From the NCBI GenBank assembly GCA_002633005.1, contig NMRA01000016.1, positions 1,315,481-1,379,480 of the forward strand: a DNA stretch of 64,000 bases, in the 5' to 3' direction. The position numbers were made by a program, and so were the translations under genes. The notes under the pieces are model-generated. The model was not told the origin of the DNA. It ran no database searches and saw only the letters and a list, made by a program, of their open reading frames with translations. Positions 37,201 through 50,415 of the stretch are shown here, piece after piece. The DNA comes from Phoronis australis (lineage: Eukaryota > Animalia > Phoronida). Numbering within the stretch: position 1 is the stretch's first letter; every line of letters starts with the position of its first letter.

Positions 37201-39828
37201 TAAATAAAACATAATGGTAATAGTCACATACAGGGCACCCCCACTTTGAGAACCAGTGTTTTCTACTGCATAACAAGAACCTGATTTTCACTGAATAGCA
37301 GGCGTTAAAACTTGTTCTCAAAATTTGGATTGCCAGTGAGTGACTACTGCCTGGATAACAATCAACTCACCTAAAGCACAGGGAACCTGTCGATTTGGGT
37401 TACGTGACCCAACTTAAAGACTCTGAAGTACCCTGACCTCCCAATTTTGAAATGTGAGATGTTTTTGCAAAAAGTCATTCCAACAAACCAGGTTTTTAAA
37501 GTTCACTTGCTTACAAAGTCTAACTCCCTAATGCTTTGATTACAGCGAACCTTAGTAGTTTCTGAATGTTTTAGAATGGTTCTGGTTTTGCAATTAGACT
37601 GAAATTAATAGATGATTTTTTCAAACTGCAACACTTGACATCATGTGATCGTGGAAAGCAAAAAATGAAACAGTCGACGAGTCGGGATCCAGGATAGAGA
37701 GAGAGGAGACTTGCATAGATTGCATATGACCAAATGTGCCACTCTGACCAGTGACTCAAGCATTGCAAAAGTCACTATGAAAGGGTGAATTTCCAAATAA
37801 ATTCCACACAAAAATATTTACTTTTAGGTTCGAACTGTATAAAATGAACCATTTTTGCACCAAAACCACTGAATGTTTCATATACAACTGAGGCTTCTTG
37901 TGTTTAAAAGAATACATCCCAGCTTTTTGTTGAAATACAATTCCCCGTAAATAATAACTTTGCATAATTATGTTATCAGAAAAGTTGATTTTCATTGAGG
38001 CTCTCACCAAAATGGGTCAGTTTTAATGATTGTACCAACTCACAAAAGGGTGAGGTTTTATCCTGATGATTATGCTAAAGAGTGGGTATAATCCTAATTT
38101 CAAGGCAACACCCTCCGAAATAATAATACTCTGTACGACTGTACGATGGCAGTCATTACTGAATGGCACTTACAGAAGCGATACTTGTCAGTCATTATGT
38201 ATAAAACAACTATTGCTAGACTACTTAATGTTTATGTGTTTAGGACCATTGACTGTATTTTTATGCTCCTGACTTCTGTTAGTAGTGACAAGTGTGCCAG
38301 TCTATTATACAATGACAATGAATGGCAGAATTTCAGCATTATCCTTATCTGACCCACTAGTTCAACTTTCACGGTATTTACGGGAGCTTATATAACGTAC
38401 ATGAACATGTTAACATACGAGAGGGTGTGCTCTGAAAAGATCGAGACAATCTCCCGTGGCCGCGACGCACTCAGCTACTCCTTTCCCACTATTCGGTGCT
38501 ACAGTACTCCTAAAATGACTGTTGTTGTGGGTGGCCTAGGCTAATGGTAGTGCCTATTAAGCCTAATTCTTCCACAAAATATTTCGTAAAAAATCTTCAG
38601 AATCCATCACAGTATATAAGATGATTATCACAACATGTTTCTTATACATTACTCGTGATGTTGTCCTTGACTCGTTAGCTTTGAAATGCGGGAGTTTGAT
38701 GAAAACAGAGAGATTTAAACAGCTGTAAATCCATCGACATTCTTTTACTGGAAGTCGCCATGTTGGTGAACTAGTTTGACCTATTATACAACTGACCAAT
38801 AGAATGCCTTGTTTCTTGAAATCGGAACAGCCAATGATATTCCAAGAATGTGGATGGAAAAGTGCCCTGTAGCAGACCCCAACCAACCTCGAGGGTCTGT
38901 GGTGGAGACTAGGTCAAGAGAGTGGTGGCGCCTCTTTGCTAGCACGTAAAAAAATGCCGGAGTTGCGAATCTGTTGTGTATAATCTATGATGTAAGCTAT
39001 ACTACAATCCTGATTACACACCTAAGAGTCCAGTGTTACATTACGTTGCAGATTATACAAAGACTCTTGTGATGGACCTGTTAAACTCTATGTCTGATCC
39101 AACCTACCAACACGTGGAGCTGTAACATGCTCCGTTACCTTTGTCGAGCCAATATGTGAGACCAGATAAAGAGGAGGCAGTTCAATCGTTTGTTACCAGC
39201 CTCCCGTTCAGTAACGCTAGGACCTCGCTAAAAAGCAAGACTTCGAGAGATTATGTGAGATATTGCCGTGTATTTTAAATGAGAACACGTGACTTTGACT
39301 AGGTTTTAGCTAGGTCCTAGCGTAGGTCCTAGCGTCCACTGAACGCACGCCAGGTTTTGCTGATGAGTGACGAGTCGATGCTGTTGAGCCGTAGTCACAT
39401 GCTGTTATCTGTTTATAACTCTGTTATAGATTTATAGATATACCATGCTGTCGTAGTTGTTGTCTTTGGTGATTAAAATAACGTTCTCCAAACAACCTTG
39501 CATTAAAAATGCCAACAGTGTTCGAAAATAGTTTGCTGTTTTAAATTGTTGAAAAATCAGAATTGGGAGTCTTGATTAGGCCTATTTAAGTTGTTCAATG
39601 TGTTTAGGTGTTTCACAAAACTGTCTCCCTATTGTGTATGTACTCAACATCTTATTGAGGTTACTGTAAGTCAGGTTTGCTACTTTTTCTTGTCAATATA
39701 AACCTGTCATAAAGAAGGTGGACGAATTAGGTTGATGTGCTCTGAGACTGAAAAATAATGTTTGTCAGCATCTGTTTTTGTATTGAATTTCATGCACATT
39801 CATAAGCATAATATGTTCTTGGGATTGA

Positions 39829-39947
39829 CTTATTATCTCTGTCGATGAAGTTACTATCTCTATCGGTAGAGTTATTAACTGTATCGATAGAGTTAATAAG
39901 TCTATCGATAGAGATACTAAGTCTATCGATATCGATAGAGTTAGCAA
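39829..39947. repeat. Minisatellite, about 21-bp unit with palindromic TCTATCGATAGA core
   Basis: Five to six degenerate TATCGATAGAGTTA units. Confidence 0.75.
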
Positions 39948-40511
39948 TAGAAAAAAGTTGCCGTGCCTTCCTTTTACAGCCACCGTAGGGGAACTATTCG
40001 GCTAATAGGGGGTTCACTATTGTGCGCTAGCTCTCGCTCAATGTTACAGCACGGTGCAAGTACTCCGCCACCTGCCGCTAAAGCATGTGCTCGAATGAGC
40101 CTCCTATTTGGCGAAGTGGAAAAAAGGTCCTCCTCAGAGAAGCAATGTCTCCGATAAAAAGTAGAAAACGAGACAAAAGTTCACTAAAAAGGCAGGAACT
40201 ACCAAAATTCGGCGACTGCATCATTCATAGCTCTGAACACTGGTACCCAGTGAATGTAAGTAAAAGGTACTTATTATCAAAAATTCGAGCCCCCATTTAG
40301 GCTGGGTGTGAGCGTGCAAAGTGTGGACAAATCTCATTAGGAAACGAACAACTTCGCACAGTTCGACAGAAGACAAAGTTCTAAAGAAACCTCTCGTTTG
40401 AGTGAGCGCTGTGGTCAGGTACCAGGTTGGCCTAAAGGCTGTGCGGCATTGTGACACAAGGCTATGACTAGTCCGTAAGTTTATGCAAGTGTCTGAAACT
40501 ACCTTTGTATT

Positions 40512-40656
40512 CAGGGGTGGATCCAGGATTTTATGTTGGGTGGGGGCAAAGCAGAGTATTAGCCAGGACTTTGCCTTTCAGACCATCGCCTCGTTCTGCC
40601 ATAGAGTCTTAAAAGAGGCATGGCCCCGTTGCCCCCCCCCCTTAAATCCGCCACTG
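40512..40656 (+). mobile_element. Copy of the 150-bp hAT5-like MITE
   Basis: CAGGGGTGGATCCAGG ... AAATCCGCCACTG; no TSD recognisable. Confidence 0.78.
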
Positions 40657-43110
40657 GCGTGTATACGGCATTTATAATTTGAACCTTTTACTCTTTCAAA
40701 ATAGTTCCTGCGACCGCATTCCTTTGCTGTTCGCCAGTGTCTGGTCGCGGTCCGCACCGGGTCATCGGCTGCTGGCCCGAATCCGGCAAAATAATTTCTG
40801 TCAAAATTTATTCGCCACATTTCGTCTGCAATTTCGATACAGTTGTTCCTATTTTGATTTTATTTGCGTTAAAACCCGCTGTCAACTAGTTTATGCCCGT
40901 TTACATGTTGGTAACAGACTCTGCTTCAGTCGCGCAGCCGGCGTTTTTGAGCCTGGGTTCCTGAATGAATTGTATTTTCGGTTTCGAGGTAAGTTCAAAA
41001 TGGTTGTGTGTTCTTCGGGTCGAATCGGGAGTAGAGCATTTATTTAAGCTTTATTCGAATACCGATTGTACATTAGTTATGGGGTATTTTTTGGTTCCTT
41101 ATAATATCATCTAACCATGTATTAAGGGCTAAAACCTTTGCTACTGGGACTTCTAATGCCTATACCAGCACAACTGCAAATGAAAATAAATTGCAAATTG
41201 TGTTCTTACAAGTACATGTGTACCGTTTACGTGGAGGTACTCCAACAACAGTGTGATCATAAATTAGATTGGCATAGAACGTGAAGAACAGACTAAACTT
41301 CATAATTCAAATTTTGTGTGCTACTGAAACAAAAGTCCAATTGTTCATTTTTACGATTTATTTGTAAAAATTTTGAATTTCTGATGATTTCAAAGGGTTT
41401 TTCTTTTAGTTTCATATTTCAAAAAAAAACATCTCTCAACTGCTCGTCGCTTCCTCGATTTTCAAGGAAAACCCTATACAATGGACTACGGCTAAAAATT
41501 ACAGTGCATAAAGACGTGTGCAAGTGGAAGCGATGTGATCGATATAATTCCGACCAAGGCATAAGCATTGATGCACACATGTTTTGACAAGTGATTACTT
41601 TGTCAGCATTATTAAACCTTCCTTTATAGCATTTCATATCACGGTTGTGAATTCAAAATCCCAAAATGAGAAACTAGGGGAAAGACGAATTCAGTTGAAA
41701 ATTTCTTAGCTACACGGACACGATTGTGACGTATAAACGTCAGTCACGTATACCAACAAGGCAGTTTCTTGTACAAGAATGTGCCATATCCGTGCTTTTC
41801 CGATGTCCCGGGGGAAACGGGGGAAAGTGAAAGGAACCCCAGCACGGCCAAATAGTGCTAAGTTGTGACAATCACCATAAACGCCTCGCCATTCCTTATC
41901 GTACCACAAACCACGGGAAAACGAGAAGCAATATCTGACGACCTTTCACATTAAACACAATGTAGGATAATTAGTGCTGTGATTGGTATTCCAGAATTGT
42001 ACTAATATGTTTCAGCTCTCCGCCCAACCCGCGATCAAGAATGCCCGGAAAGCGATCGATAACGAAATTTGGCGCGAGAAGCGAAGTCAGACAATTTAAG
42101 TAAATTTGGGGAATTTTCGTTGCTTTACTTTCAATATGATAACAGAGACTTGAGTTCAAGGCGTAACACATTGAGGAAGGACAGATAGAGATTTAGTCTA
42201 GCGTCTCTTCCAATTATTGGGGACGAAAAGTCTTCAAAAAACATATAACTGACCCTGCCTTCCGCAAACTGACCACTTCCATTCATTCAGAGGTTACCGG
42301 AATTTGAAATTGATTTTGAAATTGCACTGAATTTTGTGTCCTGGTCTATTCCCAAAAAACGTGAGAACCAAACAGTCTTCGAAGGAGAATCAAACTGTGT
42401 ATTAAAAGAGGGGCAGTTCACAGTGGAATTTATACGTGCGCAAAGCTAAACGATCCCAAAACCGACTGCGTGTCAACTTACTCGACTGGTTAACAAATGC
42501 TCTGTGAACCATTTTCAGGTTTCTTTTTATGCCTGTCCTTTACGAAAACAGTTTTAAAATGATCGCCAGTAATTATGTCGTTCCATCACTTAATTTACGA
42601 CTGGGATACCATCTTAAAATCGTTAAAATATGACCTCAACCGTACGGGATCCAATATTTGTCCCATTCAGACACCTGGAGAAATCGTAACGATAACTATG
42701 GCTTAGTAATGAAACTTCCGCTCGATATACGATTGGTATCCTACGCGACCGGCTGTGGCGCTGCGCACTAGCATTCCGTTTCCGTCGTCTGGTCCACTGT
42801 GCAATGAATGAAATTACGTCACAGAAACTGAGTGACGATGAAGAAACAGAAGCTGCTGGTAAGATGTAAATTTTAATCGAAGCCTCAGTGAATCACTCAG
42901 AAACTCATAGTTCTCTCTTTGTCAAAAATTAAAATTAAGACGATTTGCAAAGCAAGAACGTGGTTAATGGCAACAATAAAAATGGATTTGGTTTTTTGGC
43001 AACTCAAAACTGTTTTAAACACAACAACTCTGCTACGAATTGTTTGCATCAAATATAAAGCGTGTAAAAACATTACGGGTCCAAGCACTGGCTTCGCGCT
43101 CGAGCGCTAT

Positions 43111-44491
43111 AGACCCAATTCACGCGGCAGACATTAAAATCCAAAGCGAGGCTCACTGCGATAAACAAAGCCGAAGTTGACATTGCGTGAGTTAAATGGC
43201 CGGTCTTTTGGGTCCAACCTGGATATTAAATCTTAAAAATGTGTCGATAATTAACCACGGAGACGTAAAAAATACACTAGAGAACAAGTCAATGCACCAA
43301 AGAGTTGTCTGACGAAAGGGTATAAGCTTTTTTCGGAAAACTAGGTTCAAAACATGAAAAGTAAATATGACCAAATTGCAGCGATCGACGTGTTACGGCT
43401 AGGTTATTATGCTGCAAGCAGGGTTACGTTTCTTTTTGTAAATTGTGTAAAAATGCAAATTCCTACACGAACCAGCTCGTCTGCTCTTATTGTTGACGAG
43501 TTGATGAAATATTCGACAGCATTTTGCAGTCGTGTGCATCTGGTTTAATTTGTTCATCAAGAATATTAACATCAAGCGTAGCCTAGGTCTTGGTTATTAA
43601 ATTTATTTTTATTAAAATAAAAAACCTGGCTCGTAATTGAAAATAAAAATTGTTTGACCATCAATTCTGCTTTCTTGGTTTTAATAATTCTTACGTCTAT
43701 TGCTTGTGTTAGGTTTCAAATATCAATCTGTACCAAGTTGAATTTTAAAATTAAAACAAGAACCTAATTCTTTCGTCTAAAGCATAACCTCGTTTTAGAG
43801 CTCAATTTCAGTTAACTGGACAGACCAAGCATAGTTATCATGTTTCATCAGGGGCCTCGTTCGGGCGAGGGGAAAGATGCGGCCTGTGCCTTCAAGAGGG
43901 GGATTTTTTCGCCGAGTGACGGGAAAAATCTAGCTCCCGATAACCATCAATAGGACCCCGCCCTGTTGCAAGCTCTCATAGGCTATTTCTCAAATAGCAT
44001 TTTGTGCTCTTTCAAATTGTCACCTGTGTTGTTACACTCCAGGTGATTTGAACTTCGAAGAGAAATTTCCAATCACTTTTTTAGGCCTCGTGGGGAAATT
44101 TCGCGTGATTTTTAAATATTTTTAAAGGGAAATAGAGCCGATATTCGGCCCCAAAATCGAGGGATTGAGGGCCCTGTCCTTTTTGGAAAGAAAAATGCAT
44201 CATGAAAACACACTGAGCCTGGCTTGCCGAAGATTCTCCAGTCAGCAGCGAGATGCTATCAAATATGATCTAACTTTTCGACAACATTTATAAACTTTTC
44301 ACGGACATATTTTTGTCGTCGCGTCGTATGACAACGACCCAACGCATCCGCATCTCAGCGTCCTTAGCCGGAGATTGTAAAACAGACAGCTGAATGTCCA
44401 TATTTTTCGTAGCCGTTCGAGCAACGCGGAATACAGCTATCGTAGCAAGCCTCGTTTTGGAACTCGCCTCCTGTCGGCGTGAATTAGGTCT
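43111..44491 (-). mobile_element. ISL2EU-like DNA transposon remnant with degenerate THAP domain
   Basis: AT|AGACCCAATTCACGC ... GCGTGAATTAGGTCT|AT (TIR plus AT dinucleotide). The minus strand at about 44310-44450 gives frameshifted SCIPRCSN / LSVLQSPAKDAEMRMRWVVVIRRDD, THAP-like. Confidence 0.6.
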
Positions 44492-45198
44492 ATGGACCAT
44501 AAACGAGTACGGTGTTTTAGTTGGAAGCGTGGGGCTCAATAAAAGAGCACTCGCGCTCTGACCAATAGGTCGCTAGTTGGGGTCCTTGTAATTTTACATT
44601 CTATTCATATTCTCAGTGTTTTTTTATTATACTTCAGAGATCAAGGGAAAAGCTTGTTTTTAAAAGCAAAAACAAAATTTTACCCTTGGGGGAAGGAGAA
44701 AACCCCCTCTCGACCTTCCCCCGTTCGGCGCTACGCACCTCTACAATCGTGCTTTGCACGATTGCCTGGGAGACAAAATGTTGCCCCCCTTGTGATATCC
44801 TAGATCTGCCACTGTGTCTTGCTCATCAAAACCAACGTTCTTATCCTTTGTCGGAACTAAAATGCGCTTCAAAATATCCTATAGAATTCCTGGTAACTAT
44901 CCTGCTATGACTCAGCAATTTAAAAGCCCTGTCTGTTCTCAAGTCCAGAAATCACTTCTAACCTGAGTAGCTAAGCAACAGCTGAAACTGATTTCAAAAC
45001 AGAATGTGTCCTAAATCAAAAGCTGTTTTTTGATAGAAGGTGCGGATTTATTACTTCTTTAAGAATAGATTTTTGTTACTCTCATTAAAAACTCAGAATG
45101 TCATTTATGCAATTTCATTCCTTGTTTCTTCCATGCCTTTTCCTTTTTCAGTTTCCTTTCCCCTTTCCCTTTCCGTTTCCTTTTCCGTTTCCTTTGTT

Positions 45199-45284
45199 TC
45201 ACTTCCGATTTGTGGAATATTGCTTCCTCTCTTGGTCAATCCAGCTTCTCAAGGCGGTGACACGAGCGTACACGCCAGGATTAC
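45199..45284 (-). CDS. Trypsin-like serine protease (S1A), terminal coding exon
   Basis: Acceptor tttctag, phase 1; (G)NPGVYARVTALRSWIDQERKQYSTNRK* contains the PGVY.RV...WI motif. Confidence 0.92.
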
Positions 45285-47186
45285 CTAGAAAGTATTACCG
45301 TACCTGGATTTGAGATCGTCAAATGATTATAATTCAATGAGCCCACTGACAGTAAAATTGAACCTGGTTTTAATTTGGCTGAAATGACTTTTTCCATATC
45401 TCCCTCTGTTTACAAACTAGAACAACACTAGACACTGATATTCACCACCTCAAAGTTACACTGGTTGATTGTAACTTAAGTAAGGATTGCGACAATAATG
45501 AACGTAAAGCAACATTCAACCAGCGCTCATGCAATAGACACTTGATGGAACCTGGCATTGTTGCACACAGAAGTCACAGGAGTTTGTGTCCAAGTAATAA
45601 CTGGAACTGAACTGGACAACAACTCAACGTGTCTAGTAAGGGGCGAAGATTGACGTCCCGCGACAGAACTCGGTCATGAGATGGTCTTTGCGTTATACGG
45701 ACGAGTCTAGGTTGGAAAATGGTCAAACTGGTACTAGTCTTCCTGTGTGAGCGTGCGCATTACACATCCTACACTATGCAACAAACATTACGGATTATAC
45801 ACCAAAATGTGTGTAACTGAGCAAGAGCGCAGCTTGTCTGCAGGTTTGCGTCCACACCGCCACGGCTTGCGCTGGGACAAATAAACCTAGAGCATGTTAC
45901 CCTACATCGATAAGGAGGGGGTAGTTGTCACACGTGTGTCGAAATGTTGTGACGGCCGTTTTTATAGCTCAATTCCAATGAAAAGTGTTTCGTTTGATCA
46001 TCAGTTAGTTAGATTTCTTCAACTTACAGGCGCAGGCCAACTCATAGTGTGGATGGCACTTAGACAGATAAAGAAAGATGGCGCCACTAAGCAAGTTCGC
46101 CACGGTATTCTAGACTGAAATTACTCTACTTAGTAGAGCAGCTCACTATTGACTCTTACATAGAAGTGTGAGGTAGTTCACTAGCCAGTTACCCGTTTTC
46201 TGATAACCAAACCGTCACAAAATCCTTACAAAAAGAGAGTCAACGTGCACAGTAAAAGTCTTGAATTAATGAGCTTAAAAAGCTTGCAGTTGTCAATGCA
46301 AATGGGACAAGGCTGATGTATAAACTGATGGCAAAGAGAAAGCGGGCAGACTTGCAAAATAAGTGATTGTAACATCATTATCATAGGCTAAGGGATAAGC
46401 ACCAGGATGGCGCCATCACGTGTTTACATTTGATATTGTGTAGCTCAACTGGAAATGCCTCGCGACTTGATAACTTCCCGAAGAACCAGAGGACCAATAG
46501 GAGGGCTTGCATTACTTTCGCTTACGCGCTTATGATGCATTAAAAAGACACCAGAGCTCACGCATCGCTTTTTGAATTAACTATCAAGGAACTTGACAGA
46601 TATCGACACACGCAAGGCTAACCAAATCTGCCGCTAGGGGGCACAACGGTAGTTGCAATTGTCAGAAAGTCAACAACTTCATGTGTGTGCTCCTCATTAG
46701 AAACACGAGTCAAACATTACGATCCTTAGTGGTTCGGCAGACACTGACTTTACGAAAGCTGAAATTGTCACTAGGGGCGCATGAGAGGGGGGGGTTTCAT
46801 CCGAAAATGAGTAAATTCGTCCTTTTCCTGATAGAAACACATCTGCCAATGTTCGTCGAAATTCACCATCAGATGGAGCTTGATAGATACAGAGGCAGCC
46901 GAAAAAGTAAAATCGCCTGTTGGGGTACAGCAACAATCAGATCCGTCCGAAAATTTGGCGCGACTCACACTTTTTATAATAAAATTCGTGTCGGGAAAAC
47001 ATCAGGGTGCTTTAAGGGGATTTTTGGAGCTACCTGGTGAGAGGAGAACGCCGGATGTTCTGCCAGACCTATGACGTCAATACGCGCCCGCTTATATATA
47101 TGTGGGTGTCATAGAAGTTATCTGTATCTATCTATATTAAACTTTTGTTATTTTCACGCCATCGATTACATAGATATCCTTGGTCA

Positions 47187-47390
<204 letters not shown>

Positions 47391-47454
47391 CTATTTTTGT
47401 GATCAGTAATTAATATGCAGTACAACCAATCGAGTTACTAAGCTACTTAATTTA

Positions 47455-47610
47455 CTGGGTCGGATCCAGAATTTTAAACTAGGGGGCAGGGTAGAGTATT
47501 AGCCAGGATCTTGCCCGTCAGACATTCGCACTCCCGTACTGCCAAATAGAATCTAGGAAAATTTTAGGGAGCATGGCCCCTTTGCCCCCTCCCCCTTAAA
47601 TCCGCCACTG
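47455..47610 (+). mobile_element. Copy of the 150-bp hAT5-like MITE in a protease intron
   Basis: ATTTA|CTGGGTCGGATCC ... AAATCCGCCACTG|ATTTG (TSD matches 4/5). Confidence 0.78.
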
Positions 47611-48080
47611 ATTTGTCAGAATTAAAATCTCACAACCCCTGACCTCTGAGCAGTTGTAAAGCTGAGGCCGTCGTAAAACACAGAGGTAATAGATCTTGAT
47701 TTTTGATGAAAGAATGAACGTGTCATTGAATAGGGGCATATTACACACACGCGAGTGGAGTCAGTGATGTTTTGTCGAAAGTGTAGAAGTCGTTTAAGCT
47801 GATGAAAAAGTGACCTTGTGCATTTTCCACGTCTTAGCATACACCACCTACACGCGGTTTTACCTCGAGTGAATATTAACAAACATACAAAACTGTTTCC
47901 AACACAATGAATTCTGAAAATGGGTGTTTATCAAAAGTGCACTAAATGCAAAGCCTTGAAGAGGATGACGTTGGATTTCAATTAACATAGATTGCAGGAA
48001 TGGGAGAAAGGTAGACGTCTTGCATTTACACTTTTTGATTGAGGTTATTGGTAAGGTTTAAGTTTCACATATATGGGTAC

Positions 48081-48220
48081 CTGGCAAGAGTCTTTGCCGC
48101 CTTTATCGTAACCGGCACATATCATGGTGTTGTCAATTTCTCCTGGATACATCTGGTTACACTTAGAGTTTGAAATTATGGGAACTTCTACTTCCTGAAG
48201 TTTCCAGTTGTTCCCAGTGC
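48081..48220 (-). CDS. Trypsin-like serine protease exon with S1-pocket Asp189
   Basis: Acceptor tatttcag; (G)TGNNWKLQEVEVPIISNSKCNQMYPGEIDNTMICAGYDKGGKDSCQ; donor CAG|GTACCC. Phases 1/0 fit the neighbouring exons. Confidence 0.95.
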
Positions 48221-49918
48221 CTGAAATAGATCCACTGAACATTTGATCAGCCAAGATGCATTGTAGGTGTACAAGACAATAGTGTATGCGACAGTGACGG
48301 TGTAACAGCGTAATAATGCTGTTGTAAGTTATGGCTACGCTAAGATAGCTAAGACATGAAATAATGAGGTGACGAAAATACCAATGGTGCCCACAGTGAA
48401 AGACTATGAAAACCCAGGGGGTAACAAACTCGTGCTGGGCGACACAAATAACAAGGAGACATACTGTTGATGACCGTGGTGGTGGGGCGTTATCGGTCGC
48501 GACTACGGTGTGGGGACACAAACTGATGACTATCGGGGAAGAAAGAGTTGGAGATAAATTGTTGCCAGACGAGAACGGTCGGCAGTACGGTTATCTTCCT
48601 CCTTCGGTGTCGATAATCATAGCTACATGTAATGCGCAACCCAGACCTAGCTGCGGTACCGTTATCTTCCGCCTTCGGGGTCGATAATCGTGGGTACATG
48701 TATGCCCCTCATGCACGCAAACAGGGGTTGCTCAATAGGGAGGTCGTAGGGCACCCTCGCGGAGAGAGGTCGTTGTAAACAGATTCAATTTAGAAATGAT
48801 GTACCTTGAAATATGTTAATCTGACAGCGCAACATGACGAAGCACATCTTAAACAAGAACCATGTAAGACATGTAGCACTTAATGCGACATTTGATATCA
48901 GTAAAGTTTACATGTGGCGCTCTCCTTGATCCCATTTCCTTTTCGAAATTCGGCCCTGTCTCCTGGTGGAGAAACTGGTTGTGCACATGCCACTGTTTCT
49001 GTGGACATTATTTTGTTCATACTGTAGACCTGTTATGCAAAACAAGAGGACACGCTTTTGCAATTTACTGATTGTTGTAGGATTTTAAAATGAGTCTGTC
49101 ATGCGCCTATCTATGGAAAACCGACCAGGCGACTCAATGGGAATTTGTTCGTCTCATGCTTCAGGAATGTGTGGAAGATGTAAATAAGTACGTGACACGC
49201 GCGGGTTGAAGATAAGCCAGTCGGAATCTCGTTCTTTTAAACCGATCTACACAAACCTACACAATTTCATATGAATTCTAAATTCTACTTATTTCGGAAA
49301 AATCAGTGCAAATAGACTGATGTGGTTTTGACCAAGGGAGGGTATTATTTCACAAGGTATTAAAATGTTTTTGAAAGGAACATCCTCAGATTGATTTCTA
49401 GTCTACTAAATTTCCAAAAGATATGTAGCAATTTTATTAGATTGTTTATTTTTGGTCAGTCTGTATTTTAGCGAATAAACGCGTAGACTTGCCGAAAAGG
49501 TTACTGATAACGGCTCTGAGGAAAGACTTCCTGCTTTGCGACATATTAATGTAACTTACATATATTGAAGAAGACATTTTACTGATAGAAGGTCATCGTT
49601 TCAAACAGTTATCCGGTGTGGATAGAGATTTGAATCAGTGGGCCTCCAAAGCGTTCAATTGTTTGCGATCATTCTAACGTCAAATTATCAGTACTTCATC
49701 ATAGCGTGAGATTCTTAAGTTTTTTAAAAGTCAAAAAACTTAAAAGGACCATAAAATAAATTGTATTTCCAGTCCACCAACTATCACGTCCTCCAGAATT
49801 TAAAATTTGTGCCTCAGCCATTACATGTATTGGGGGAATGGCGTGCCAGTGAAATCTCCATAACAGCATTTAGTTAAGGGAGTGATTCCCCGAGATACAT
49901 GTTATTGACGCTACATAC

Positions 49919-50069
49919 CTTCAGTGATTCCCCAGCCGGTAACAGTTGCTAATACGTTATTGAAATCACCAGCGCTGGATGCGGGAAGGCAAACTGGCTT
50001 GACATAATTGTTGAATGTGAGCGGACTCTTAAGGAACAACAGAGCGATGTCGTTGGAAAAAGTGCGACT
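49919..50069 (-). CDS. Trypsin-like serine protease exon with catalytic Asp
   Basis: Acceptor ttttcag; SRTFSNDIALLFLKSPLTFNNYVKPVCLPASSAGDFNNVLATVTGWGITE; donor G|GTATGT. Confidence 0.95.
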
Positions 50070-50364
50070 CTGAAAATTAGAATAAACGATTAGTGCTCTT
50101 ATTACTAGTTCTGATTGCATTTGATAATTGAATATTTCCATTTAGAGTGACATTAGCGGTAATTTCTGAAAGCGCGTTTACGGGATTATTGTTGGGCTGG
50201 ATGAACGGCTTACGGTTACAAGCTTTGATGAGACCTATAAATCAAAAAAGTCTGTTGCGTTTTTTTTTACTAACCTCCAATTCTCGCCGTTGTCAACCTG
50301 ACATTGGCTGAAATCCACTCCGGTGACTTTACCTGTTTAAAAAGCTTACAATAGTTTGTCATGC

Positions 50365-50415
50365 ACGGTGGTTCATCTCCGCCTGCAGAGCGTTAGACTA
50401 CGACCGCCGGTGGTT
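50365..50415 (+). mobile_element. Degenerate tRNA-derived SINE head
   Basis: B-box GGTTCGATTCC preceded by a tRNA-like AGAGCGTTAGACT; no full cloverleaf. Confidence 0.4.
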
